Source: an archaeon (lineage in GTDB: Archaea > Nanobdellota > Nanobdellia > CSSed11-243R1). From it: a DNA stretch of 64,000 bases. The position numbers were made by a program, and so were the translations under genes. Each line of letters starts with the position of its first letter. The stretch's first letter is position 1. The stretch covers positions 25,130-89,129 of the forward strand of contig JAJRVP010000021.1 in the NCBI GenBank assembly GCA_024277205.1, given 5' to 3'. The notes below the pieces were generated by a model. That model was not told where the DNA came from, did not search any database, and saw only the letters and a program-made list of their open reading frames with translations. Positions 26,619 to 36,347 of the stretch are shown piece after piece.

Positions 26619-28082
26619 ATGGAAAATGTTTTATCAAAAATAGCAAATGAAGGATTTCTTGTTTCACCAGATTTAAAAATAGAACCACAACATATAGAAG
26701 AGTTTTTAGATTTTATTAAAAAATTACAACCAAAACCATTTTTAATCTCAAACCAGATTTATCAAGATTTTTTAAAAGATAAACAACAAGAAATAAAATA
26801 TGTCATTTTAAAACACACAGAAAAAAGACCAGAGATAAAAACAAGAGTAAAAATAAAAAAGAATTATACCAAAACAAGTAAAAAGACAAGCATCTCAGAT
26901 TGGGTTACTTATTACTTTGATAGATATAATCGGCTTAGAAATCTTTTGCAAAATAGAGAAGAATTGCGTGGAGTAGTGTCAATTGGAAGAGCTAAAAAAA
27001 TGGATGGGAGACAAAATGTTTTATTAATTGGAATGATAAAAGATGTAAGAAATACTTTTTCTGGAACAAAAATCATCACACTTGAGGACCCAACAGGATA
27101 TATTGATGTTTCTTTAAAAAAAGATGAAGTTTCAAAACTTGGTGATGAAATAGTTGCTGACGAAGTTATTGGGGTTGTTGGGGTGAAGTCAAAAGATTTT
27201 GTTTATGCTGAAAAAATAATATTCCCAGAAATTCCAGCACGCCCAATTAAAAAAGCAGAAGAAGAAGTTTATGCCGCATTTATTTCAGATATTCATGTTG
27301 GAAGTTGCGTTTTTCTTGCAAATGAATTCAAACAATTCTTAGATTGGATTAATGGAAAAATTGGTAGCAAGGAACAAAAAGATGTTGCAAGTAAAGTAAG
27401 ATATCTCTTTATTGGTGGGGATTTAGTTGATGGGGTTGGTGTCTATCCTGGACAAGAAAAAGAACTTCTAATAAAAGACATCTATGAACAATATAAAGAA
27501 ATTGGAAAATATTTATCTCAAATTCCAAAAGACATACAAATTATTGTAATACCTGGGAATCACGATGCATTAAAATTAGCAGAACCCCAACACCCTCTAT
27601 TCAAAGACATTGCAGCCCCATTATATGATTTGGATAATGTTACAATGCTTTCAAACCCAGCATATGTTAACATTCACAATATTGGCAAATTTCCAGGATT
27701 TAATGTTTTAATGTACCATGGTGTTTCTTTTGATCACATCGTATCTGAGGTTCCAAAATTAAGAAAATTTGGGTATACAAGAGCAGATAAAATAATGGAA
27801 TTTCTTCTTAAAAAAAGACATCTTGCACCAACACACGGTGCAACAAGAGTTGACCCAACACCACAAGATTTTCTTGTAATTGACGAAATCCCAGACATAT
27901 TCACAAGCGGACACATACATTATACAAGTGTTGGCAGATACAAGAGTATTCTAACATTGAATAGTGGTTGTTTCCAAGACAAAACAGAATTTCAATTAAA
28001 ACTTGGACATAACCCAACACCAGGAAGAATCCCAATTTTTAACCTCCAAAAAAATCAAGCAAAGATAATGAGGTTTAGATAA
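26619..28082 (+). CDS. DNA polymerase D small subunit (DP1)
   Basis: Calcineurin-like phosphoesterase motifs (FISDIHVGS, GGDLVDG, IPGNHDA, GHIH) plus an OB-fold region. Immediately followed by DP2 with an overlapping stop/start. The start among 26604/26613/26619 is uncertain. Confidence 0.88.
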   Translation: MENVLSKIANEGFLVSPDLKIEPQHIEEFLDFIKKLQPKPFLISNQIYQDFLKDKQQEIKYVILKHTEKRPEIKTRVKIKKNYTKTSKKTSISDWVTYYFDRYNRLRNLLQNREELRGVVSIGRAKKMDGRQNVLLIGMIKDVRNTFSGTKIITLEDPTGYIDVSLKKDEVSKLGDEIVADEVIGVVGVKSKDFVYAEKIIFPEIPARPIKKAEEEVYAAFISDIHVGSCVFLANEFKQFLDWINGKIGSKEQKDVASKVRYLFIGGDLVDGVGVYPGQEKELLIKDIYEQYKEIGKYLSQIPKDIQIIVIPGNHDALKLAEPQHPLFKDIAAPLYDLDNVTMLSNPAYVNIHNIGKFPGFNVLMYHGVSFDHIVSEVPKLRKFGYTRADKIMEFLLKKRHLAPTHGATRVDPTPQDFLVIDEIPDIFTSGHIHYTSVGRYKSILTLNSGCFQDKTEFQLKLGHNPTPGRIPIFNLQKNQAKIMRFR

Positions 28083-31000
28083 TGGACATAAAAGAATACT
28101 TTGAGAAAATTGAGAAAGAAGTAAAAGAAGCATATGAAATTGCAAATCAAGCACGTAAAAACGGATTTGACCCAGAAGATAGGGTGGACATTCCTCTTGC
28201 TAAAAATATTTTTGAACGTGTTGAAGGGCTTATAGGTGCTATAAAACCAGAGATTGTTGGTTCTGGTGTTGCCAAAAGATTAGAAGAATTGGATAAGCAA
28301 TATGGAAGTGGAGATTGGAGAGTGGCTTTGAAAATAGCAGAAGAAGTTGCTAAAAGAAAATTCTGTAATTTCAAAGATGATGTAGAAGCCATTGAGATTG
28401 GAATAAGAGTTGGATTAGCTTACATAACTATGGGAGTAGTTTCAGCACCACTTGAAGGATTTATTGAATTTAAAATTAAAGATAGAATGGATGGCAAAAA
28501 ATATGGCGCATGTTATTTTGCAGGTCCAATAAGAGCAGCAGGAGGAACAGCAGCAGCAGTTACTCTTTTACTTGCAGATTATCTAAGAAGAAAATTTAAC
28601 TTAGAACCTTTTGATGTAACACAAGAAGAAATAGAAAGAACCAAAATTGAAGTTGAATCTTATCATCATTCTGTTGCACGGTTACAATATTTTCCAGAAG
28701 GAGAAGAAATAGAATATTTGTTGAAAAATATTCCTGTTGAAATAAATGGAGACCCTACTTCTGAAAGAGAAGTTTTAATTCACAAAGATTTGCCAAGAGT
28801 AGGAACCCCAAAGATTAGGGGTGGAATGTGCCTTGTTCTTTGTGAAGGGCTTGCACAAAAAGCACCAAAGATTCTTAAAAAAGTAGAGAAATGGGGAAAA
28901 GAGTTTGAACTTGAAGATTGGAAATTCCTCAAACAATATCTTGAAATAAAAACAAGATTGCACGGAGCATCTAAAAAAGAAAAAACAGAGGGAATCCAAC
29001 CAAATAACATTTACATTCAAGAAACTGTTGCAGGACGCCCAATTTTTGCATACCCAATGGCTAAAGGAGGATTTAGATTAAGGTATGGACGTTCAAGATT
29101 GACAGGATTGGCAGCAGCTGGCATTCATCCAGCAACAACTCACATTCTTGGAGATTTTATTGCAACAGGAGCCCAACTAAGATTGGAACGCCCTGGAAAA
29201 GCATGCGCTGTTACACCATGCACAAGTATAGACGGGCCTGTTGTTAAATTGTGGGATGAAAGTGTTGTTAAAATTAATACAGAACAAGATGCTTACAAAT
29301 ATAGAAATAAGATAAAAGAGATTTTGTTTATAGGAGATTTACTTTTTGCATATGGAGAATTTGCAAGAAACAATCACATTCTTGTCCCAAGTCCTTATGT
29401 AGAGGAATGGTGGATTCAAGAATTAATTCAAAAAGCTGGAAAAGATTTTTCATTTCCAAAAGGTATTAATCCCACACAACTTGCAGAGTTATCTTTGAGA
29501 TATAATATCCCCTTGCATCCCAATTTACTTTTCTTTTATTCAGATGTGGATTCCCAAGCAATTTATAATTTGTTTGAAGCACTTAAAAAAGCAAAAATAG
29601 AAGATGATAAAATAATTTTAGAACACAATAAAACAATTAAAAAAACATTAGAAGATATTTGTGCGCCCCACACACTTTCTGATGAAGGCATCGTTATTGA
29701 AGGTGAAACAGCAATAGGGATTTTGTTCGCATTTGGCTTTCTGCCAAACAAAAAATGGCCAGAAGTAAAAATAGATTTATCAAAAAAACCACTTGAGATT
29801 TTGAATTCTCTTTCAAAAATTAAGATAAAAGACAAATCGGGAATTTATGTTGGTGCAAGACTTGGACGTCCTGAAAAAGCAAAGCAAAGAAAAATGAAAG
29901 GTCGCCCACACATGCTATTCCCAGTTTCTTCTCAAGGTGGGAGAATGCGGAGTTTAAATGAAGCAATTGAACGTGGTTTTATTGAATCAGATTTCCCATC
30001 ATTTTTTTGTAAAAAATGTAATATGACTAATGTATACCCGAGATGTGAAAATTGTGGTGAAAGAATAGAACCTCTTAAATTTTGCATAAGGTGTAAAAGA
30101 GAAACAGATAAGGAAACCCACTGCGGTACAAAAACAGTTTGCTACACAAAACAAAGAATTGATATTAGGGAAAAATTAAATAAAACTCTTAACAAGCTAG
30201 GTGTTTCATTACCAAGTTTAGTAAAAGGTGTCCGTGGAACATCTAACAGGATGAGAATACCAGAACCTTTAGAAAAAGGAATTCTAAGAGCAATTCATGG
30301 CGTTTATGTAAATAAAGATGGAACAATAAGATATGACGCAATTGAAGCACCAATTACACATTTTAAACCAAAAGAGGTTGGCACTCCAATTGAAAAACTA
30401 AAAGAGCTCGGATACACCCACGATATTTATAACAAACCCCTTGAACATGAAGAACAAATTCTTGAGCTTTTTCCACAAGATGTTATACTCCCAGATTGCA
30501 AAGAATGGGCAGATGCCTCAGCACTTGACATGATTTACAAAACAGCTGCATTTGTAGATGATTTATTAGAAAAGTATTATGGGATGAAGAGGTATTACAA
30601 CATCCGTTCGCCAAAAGACATGATTGGTAAACTTGTGATTGGGTTAGCGCCCCACACTTCTGCTGGAATGGTGGGTAGAATCGTCGGTTTTTCAAAAACC
30701 CAATGCTTTTTCGCACATCCCTATTTCCACTCTGCTATGAGAAGGAATTGTGATGGGGATGAGGCAGCAATTATGTTGCTCATGGACGCGCTTTTGAATT
30801 TTTCAAGACAATATCTTCCAGATGCACGTGGAAGCAGACACATGGACGCCCCACTAGTTTTAACAACAAGATTAATCCCAAAAGAAGTAGATGATGAAGT
30901 ATATAACATGGATATTTGTGATATTTATCCATTAGAGTTTTATGAAGCAACACAGGAATGGAAATCTCCATATGAAGTTAATATAAAACAAATTAATGAT

Positions 31001-31504
31001 GCTCTTGGAAAACCAGAGCAATATAAAGGAATTTTTTTCACACACCCTGTGGAAAACATGAATGCTGGGAATCGAGTTTCTTCATATAAAACATTAACAA
31101 CTGTTGCAGACAAAGTTAAAAAACAAATGGAATTAGCAGAAAAAATAAGAGCAGTTGATAAATCAGATGTTGCGAAAATTATAATTGAAAAACATTTCTT
31201 AAAAGACATCAAAGGAAATCTTAGACGATTTTCAACACAAGAATTTAGATGCATTTCTTGCAATGAGAAATATAGAAGAATACCTTTGATAGGAAGATGT
31301 TACAAATGTGGTGGGAAACTTGTTTTAACCGTTGCAGAAGGAACAGTTTCTAAATACCTGGAGCCATCTTTGAATCTTGCAGAGAAGTATTCACTTCCAG
31401 AATATTTAAAACAAACTTTAGAAATTTTAAAAAGAAGAGTGGAATCTATATTTGGTAAGGAGCCAACAAAACAAGTTGGCTTAAAGAAATTTTTAGGTGG
31501 TTAA
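28082..31504 (+). CDS. DNA polymerase D large subunit (DP2)
   Basis: 1140 aa. Conserved DP2 blocks (GPIRAAGGTAAA, RGGMCLVLCEG, NCDGDEAA) and zinc clusters (CKKCN...CENCG, CISCN...CYKCG). No intein-sized insertion. Confidence 0.92.
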   Translation: MDIKEYFEKIEKEVKEAYEIANQARKNGFDPEDRVDIPLAKNIFERVEGLIGAIKPEIVGSGVAKRLEELDKQYGSGDWRVALKIAEEVAKRKFCNFKDDVEAIEIGIRVGLAYITMGVVSAPLEGFIEFKIKDRMDGKKYGACYFAGPIRAAGGTAAAVTLLLADYLRRKFNLEPFDVTQEEIERTKIEVESYHHSVARLQYFPEGEEIEYLLKNIPVEINGDPTSEREVLIHKDLPRVGTPKIRGGMCLVLCEGLAQKAPKILKKVEKWGKEFELEDWKFLKQYLEIKTRLHGASKKEKTEGIQPNNIYIQETVAGRPIFAYPMAKGGFRLRYGRSRLTGLAAAGIHPATTHILGDFIATGAQLRLERPGKACAVTPCTSIDGPVVKLWDESVVKINTEQDAYKYRNKIKEILFIGDLLFAYGEFARNNHILVPSPYVEEWWIQELIQKAGKDFSFPKGINPTQLAELSLRYNIPLHPNLLFFYSDVDSQAIYNLFEALKKAKIEDDKIILEHNKTIKKTLEDICAPHTLSDEGIVIEGETAIGILFAFGFLPNKKWPEVKIDLSKKPLEILNSLSKIKIKDKSGIYVGARLGRPEKAKQRKMKGRPHMLFPVSSQGGRMRSLNEAIERGFIESDFPSFFCKKCNMTNVYPRCENCGERIEPLKFCIRCKRETDKETHCGTKTVCYTKQRIDIREKLNKTLNKLGVSLPSLVKGVRGTSNRMRIPEPLEKGILRAIHGVYVNKDGTIRYDAIEAPITHFKPKEVGTPIEKLKELGYTHDIYNKPLEHEEQILELFPQDVILPDCKEWADASALDMIYKTAAFVDDLLEKYYGMKRYYNIRSPKDMIGKLVIGLAPHTSAGMVGRIVGFSKTQCFFAHPYFHSAMRRNCDGDEAAIMLLMDALLNFSRQYLPDARGSRHMDAPLVLTTRLIPKEVDDEVYNMDICDIYPLEFYEATQEWKSPYEVNIKQINDALGKPEQYKGIFFTHPVENMNAGNRVSSYKTLTTVADKVKKQMELAEKIRAVDKSDVAKIIIEKHFLKDIKGNLRRFSTQEFRCISCNEKYRRIPLIGRCYKCGGKLVLTVAEGTVSKYLEPSLNLAEKYSLPEYLKQTLEILKRRVESIFGKEPTKQVGLKKFLGG

Positions 31505-31506
31505 TC

Positions 31507-32280
31507 ATGGAACTATTCATAAAACAAGTCGCAAAAGGAGCTGGCAGGATTTTAATGAAGCACATTGGTAAACTAAAACATATAGAACAAAAAGGAAGAA
31601 TTGATGTGGTAACAGAAGCAGATAAACTTTCAGAGAAATTTATTATTTCTCAAATTAAAAAGAAATTTCCAGAGCACGCAGTTCTTGGAGAAGAAACAGG
31701 CATGCATGGAAAATCAAAAAACCTTTGGGTTATTGACCCACTGGATGGAACAAAAAATTATGCAATAAGAAATCCATTTTTTAATGTTTCAATTGCTTTT
31801 ATGCAAAATAGAGAAGTCACCCATGCTGGAGTTTACGCCCCATTTCTTGATGAATTTTACTATGCTGAAAAAGGAAAGGGCGCGAAATTAAATGGAAAAA
31901 AGATTCATGTTTCAAATGTTTCTGATTTAAAGAAATCATTTGTGCAATTTTGCAATGGCTTGTCAAATAAAGCAATAAAAAATATTTCAAAGATTTTTAC
32001 ACATCTTCGCCCAAAAGTTTTAGCATTAAGACAACAAGGCGCTGCTGAGCTTGAACTTTGTTTTGTGGCAGCAGGAAGGGCCCCAGTTTACATAATGAAT
32101 GATTTTGACACACCATGGGATGTGGCAGCAGGAAGTTTAATTGTAAGAGAAGCTGGAGGAAAAGTAACAAACTTTAAAGGCGAAGAGTTCAAACTTTTCA
32201 AACACAGAAACATAATTGCAAGTAATGGTAAAATTCACAATAAAATAATGAAAGAGATTAGGAAAGCTTTACAATCTTGA
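31507..32280 (+). CDS. suhB: Inositol monophosphatase/fructose-1,6-bisphosphatase family protein
   Basis: Metal-binding motifs GEE...WVIDPLDGTKNY and WDVAAG. Confidence 0.85.
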   Translation: MELFIKQVAKGAGRILMKHIGKLKHIEQKGRIDVVTEADKLSEKFIISQIKKKFPEHAVLGEETGMHGKSKNLWVIDPLDGTKNYAIRNPFFNVSIAFMQNREVTHAGVYAPFLDEFYYAEKGKGAKLNGKKIHVSNVSDLKKSFVQFCNGLSNKAIKNISKIFTHLRPKVLALRQQGAAELELCFVAAGRAPVYIMNDFDTPWDVAAGSLIVREAGGKVTNFKGEEFKLFKHRNIIASNGKIHNKIMKEIRKALQS

Positions 32281-32608
32281 TTGGTGTTACAACAATTGCA
32301 CCCTTTGCCGGCATCTCTTTATTTTCTTTTAAGTTTTTTACGAAATCTAACCAATCTCCACTATTACGATACTCAGCAGTTCCTTCTATACGATATCCTT
32401 CAAATTCATCATTCCAAACAGCAAGTAAGACCTTTGGGTTTCTCTTTATGTTCTCATTTGTTGTTTTCATAAAATTATCTGTAATTATAATTTTGTCATC
32501 AACTACCTTCGCATATGCCACAGCGATTAAATGTGGTACGCCATCTTCATTTATACTTACTAATGCAATACCTTTATTTTCTGACATATTTTTTAGCTTA
32601 GGTTCCAT
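32258..32608 (-). CDS. Pyridoxamine 5'-phosphate oxidase-like FMN-binding split-barrel protein
   Basis: 116 aa. The pattern GIALVSINEDGVPHLIAVAYAKVVDDKIIITDNFMKTTNENIKRNPKV is typical of the small PNPOx-like family. Confidence 0.55.
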   Translation of the reverse strand: MEPKLKNMSENKGIALVSINEDGVPHLIAVAYAKVVDDKIIITDNFMKTTNENIKRNPKVLLAVWNDEFEGYRIEGTAEYRNSGDWLDFVKNLKENKEMPAKGAIVVTPIKIVKLS

Positions 32609-32685
32609 GATTTAATTAGCACACAATTTTATAAAAGATTTTTGAAATACAAAAAATAATTTAAGTTTTAGATGTTTGTTTAATT

Positions 32686-33248
32686 ATGGTAAAAATTTAT
32701 GTGATTGATAACGGTGGACAATTGACACATAGATAATACCGAGTTCTTAGGGAGTTGGGTGTGGATTCAAGAATAATATCACATGATGTACAAATTAGAA
32801 AAATTGATGCAGACGCATTTGTTTTGTCTGGTGGCGCGCAATCAATATCTTGCAAAAAAGACGACAACCCTATTTTAGAATCTGTTATAAATTTAGAAAT
32901 ACCAATTTTAGGGATATGCTTTGGTATGCAATTTATTGCATCTTACTTTGATGGGGTTGTCGGACGTGCAGAAGTGCCAGAATATGGTGCAACACAAATC
33001 CATATTCTGAAAGACGACCCATTATTTGATGGGATGCCACGCAAATTTATTGCATGGGAAAATCACAATGATGAAGTAAAAGAAACGAGTTTGGAAGTGA
33101 TTGCTTCTTCACAAACTTGTAAAATACAAGCAATTAAACACCCAGATTTTCCAATCTATGGAGTTCAATTCCATCCAGAAGTTGAACACACTAACTATGG
33201 TAAAAAATATTTGAAAACTTTATTAATATCGCAAAATATTTTAAATGA
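32686..33248 (+). pseudogene. guaA: GMP synthase glutamine-amidotransferase subunit (GuaA-A type) carrying an in-frame TAA (32734-32736) and a 1-nt deficit in an A6 run (33202-33207)
   Basis: ATG 32686 gives MVKIYVIDNGGQLTHR*YRVLRELGVDSRII..., matching class I GATase GuaA-A (MIVILDNGGQY.HRI.R.L..lGV). Catalytic motifs ILGICFGMQ and QFHPEVEHT are present. After GGT AAA AAA, the -1 frame reads IFENFINIAKYFK-TGA, a typical family C-terminus whose TGA forms ATGA with the next gene. Confidence 0.8.
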
Positions 33249-33847
33249 TTATGAACAAAATCAAACTTGCAAAAAATCTTTATTTATTTACACAAACACA
33301 AGAAAGACATTTACATTCAAATACCTATTTGCTAAAAGGCAAACCAAACATTTTGATTGATGCCGGTTTTCTTATAGATGAAGATGTGGATTTAGTGATT
33401 TTAACACATTGTCACTTTGACCACCACAAATTTGCTAAAGAATATCAAAAAAGAGGTGCAAAAATATTAGCAAGCAGAGAGGCTGCAGAAGAATTAAAAA
33501 AAGCAAGTGAAATTGTAGCACCAAAAAGATTTAGGGAATTGTTCAAAACAATACCAAATCCAATCGATGTTGATATTATATTGGAGCAAGTGGATAATAT
33601 TGAAAATGAAAACTTTAAACTAAAAGTTTTGAAAGTGCCAGGACACACACCATGCTCAATTGCTCTTTTTGATGAAGCAAAAAAGATTCTTTTTTCAGGA
33701 GATACATGGTATGGTGATGATGTAATTGGAACGTGGAATCATGCAGGAGGGAACCTTAATGAACTTCAAAAGTCTGTGAATTTATTGAAATCTCTCAATC
33801 CAAAATTGCTTTGCCCAGGCCATGGTGATGTTGTTGGAGAAAGTTAA
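33245..33847 (+). CDS. Metallo-beta-lactamase fold hydrolase
   Basis: HxHxDH motif LILTHCHFDHH, and later VPGHTPCS and CPGHGD. Confidence 0.8.
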   Translation: MIMNKIKLAKNLYLFTQTQERHLHSNTYLLKGKPNILIDAGFLIDEDVDLVILTHCHFDHHKFAKEYQKRGAKILASREAAEELKKASEIVAPKRFRELFKTIPNPIDVDIILEQVDNIENENFKLKVLKVPGHTPCSIALFDEAKKILFSGDTWYGDDVIGTWNHAGGNLNELQKSVNLLKSLNPKLLCPGHGDVVGES

Positions 33848-34591
33848 GTTCCAAAATAAAAAAGGACAAAAACTTGTTGGTGCACTTCATGAGCCCAAAC
33901 AAAAAACAGACAAGATTGTTATTATTCTTAATACTTTTAAAGGAGACAAGGATTATCAACCAATTATTAAAAAATGTGCTGATTTTCTTGCTATGAACAA
34001 AATTGCAGTTTTAAGATTCGACTTTGCAGGAACAGGAGAAAGCGAAGGAGATTACAAAAATACAACAATCTCAAGTGAAGTTCATGACTTAAATGCTGCA
34101 ATTGATTTTGTTAAAAAACTCGGCTATAAAAAATTGCACTCATTGGTTTTTCTATGGGCGCCACAGTTGCAATAGTTGGATATAATTCAAAAATAAAAAC
34201 ACTTGTTCTATGGAGCCCACTTCTTAATACGAAGATTCAATATGAAAGATACAAAGAATTTGAAGAAGAATTCAAAAGAAAAGAATTTGTGATTAGAAAA
34301 CGCAAAATAGATGATAAGAAGGTTAGGGTTGGTTATGGATTATACAAAGAATGGAAAAATCTCAACATAGTCCCCTTCCGTGAAACAATTAATTGTCCTG
34401 TTTTAGCAATAATTGCAGAAAAGGATGAACTTTGTAATCAAAAGAGAAATTTAGAAATGTTTAAATTGATTCCAAATCATAAGAATAAGTTAGTAATTGT
34501 TGCAAATGCAGACCACGATTTTCTTAACGCAGAAATAGCATCAAAAGTTATTGAACTAACAAGAAAGTGGCTTAGGAAGTGGTTGGAATGA
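33822..34591 (+). pseudogene. Alpha/beta hydrolase split by a 1-nt deficit in an A6 run (34128-34133). This may be a pseudogene, a homopolymer error or a slippage site.
   Basis: ORFs 33822..34175 and 34154..34591 are adjacent in different frames. Re-reading one A after TAT AAA AAA gives GYKKIALIGFSMGATVAIVGY, which restores the GxSxG nucleophile elbow. The downstream ANADHDF supplies the catalytic His region. Confidence 0.7.
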
Positions 34592-35220
34592 AAAAAGAAA
34601 TACCATTTTATTCTAACACAAAAGACAATACTCATTGTTATCAGGCTTGCCTAAAAATGATATTAAAACACATTTTTCCAAAAAAGAATTTCACATTTAA
34701 AAAATTAGATAAACTCACAAATAAACCAAAAGGTAAGTGGAGTTGGTATCCCGCAGGTTTGGTTTCTCTTCATAAAATGAAACTTATTGTAAAACTTTAT
34801 TCTATGTTTGATTATAAGAAATTTTCACAAAAAGGCGAGGATTACATCTATTCTTTATTTTCCAAAGAAAATGCAGAGATAGTAATTAAAAAAAGCGATA
34901 TCCCATCTGCAGTAAAAGATACTAAAAAAATGCTGAAAAGAAGGATATTCCAAAGAAAAAGGATACATTTTAGAAAAGTAGAAGAATTTTTCAAAAAAGG
35001 TTACGATATTATGTTGTGGGTGAATTCAAGATTGCTTAATCGAGCAAATGGGTTTACAGGACATTTTGTTGTTTTAACAGGCTTTGACAAAAATAATATC
35101 TATGTTCATGACCCCGGATTACCACCAAGGCCAAATAGGAAAGTTTCAAAAAAACATTTTCTTAAAGCATGGGAATACAAAAGATATGGTGATGTTGTGC
35201 TAATAAAAGAACCAGATTAA
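34588..35220 (+). CDS. Peptidase C39-like (papain-fold cysteine peptidase) domain protein
   Basis: The N-terminal DNTHCYQACLKMIL is a candidate Cys nucleophile region. GHFVVLTGFDKNNIYVHDPG is a His...Asp motif typical of C39-like domains. ATG 34588 overlaps the upstream stop (ATGA). Confidence 0.55.
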   Translation: MKKEIPFYSNTKDNTHCYQACLKMILKHIFPKKNFTFKKLDKLTNKPKGKWSWYPAGLVSLHKMKLIVKLYSMFDYKKFSQKGEDYIYSLFSKENAEIVIKKSDIPSAVKDTKKMLKRRIFQRKRIHFRKVEEFFKKGYDIMLWVNSRLLNRANGFTGHFVVLTGFDKNNIYVHDPGLPPRPNRKVSKKHFLKAWEYKRYGDVVLIKEPD

Positions 35221-36318
35221 TGTTGGTATAACTAATGAGCCCATACAATTTGACATCCTCGTTTTCATTTTATTTGCTAAAAATCCAATACCAATTGCTG
35301 CAGAAAGAAACAATATTCCTACAAACCCGTCAAAATAAAGTGTTACAGAGATTATACTAATTGCAACCAAAATTGCAATGTATCTGTAGTTAAATTTTTC
35401 AGAGAATTTAGAAAAAGCTAAACCGATTTTTAATGTAATTAAATATGAGATAATCGCCATTGCAAGCAAAAGAATCAATACAAATATCAACGTATTTAAA
35501 TCAAATGTAAACTTGCTTCCAAGCATTTCAAGAACACCAATTCTTGCTTTTCCAATTGAAAACAAAAGGATTGAAGAGAATACAATATCAAATCCAGAAA
35601 TTGCACCAATTGAAATTAAAAAATCATCCTTCTTTTTCAACAAACTTCTTGAAAATAAAGAAGCCTGAGAGGGCCCAACTGCAGGCAGAAATGTAAGCAA
35701 AAATGATGACAAGAGTGCTGCAAAAGAACCTCTGAATATCGAACTTTTTTTTATTTTGTATTTGTAAGATTTTATTTGCTTTGGAATTTTTGTTTTGATT
35801 TGCAAAATGATTGGAAAACCAAAAAATCCTGTTAAAAGAATTAACAAAGGTTGATTTAATAATTTTAATCCAAAGTATCCTAAAACACCAGAGGATATGA
35901 ATACCAACAAAGCTGCCAAGGGTTTTACATCTTTAACAATTAAAAACATAGAAATTCCCAAAAGAGCAAATGGGATGTAGGGTTTGAGTAAGGAATAAGT
36001 AATTGGAACAATTTTTATTAGTATGGGAGATAAAATAATCCCAATTAAAATTGAAGCAAGCAAACCAATAATGGATAATTTTATTGCAGCAAGGGATTTT
36101 CCCTCTTCTACAAATTTAAAGATTGGGTGCATCGCAAGCACATTTCCTTCTTCTGGAACAAAAAGAAAAGTAGAACGAATAAATTCAAAAAATTGGGCAG
36201 AAACCAACATAGTCACAAAAGTGGGAAGTATCCACCATTCACTAAATTGTGAAAAAAGGATTGCACCAAGAAAATTTGGATGCAGTCCAGGAACTAATCC
36301 AGATGCCAATCCAAGCAA
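35200..36318 (-). CDS. Polytopic membrane protein, TctA/DUF112-like
   Basis: About 10 predicted helices. The N-terminus LGLASGLVPGLHPNFLGAIL resembles the DUF112 signature (G.iPGlhpN). The ORF opens with TTG. Confidence 0.5.
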   Translation of the reverse strand: MLGLASGLVPGLHPNFLGAILFSQFSEWWILPTFVTMLVSAQFFEFIRSTFLFVPEEGNVLAMHPIFKFVEEGKSLAAIKLSIIGLLASILIGIILSPILIKIVPITYSLLKPYIPFALLGISMFLIVKDVKPLAALLVFISSGVLGYFGLKLLNQPLLILLTGFFGFPIILQIKTKIPKQIKSYKYKIKKSSIFRGSFAALLSSFLLTFLPAVGPSQASLFSRSLLKKKDDFLISIGAISGFDIVFSSILLFSIGKARIGVLEMLGSKFTFDLNTLIFVLILLLAMAIISYLITLKIGLAFSKFSEKFNYRYIAILVAISIISVTLYFDGFVGILFLSAAIGIGFLANKMKTRMSNCMGSLVIPTLIWFFY

Positions 36319-36347
36319 AATTCAAACAACTATTGAAATTATTACAT

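Noticed and set aside
32277-32615. ORFs 32277-32615(+) and 32281-32472(+).
   Set aside because: They are antisense to the PNPOx-like gene, which has a family-typical sequence. The translations are low complexity.
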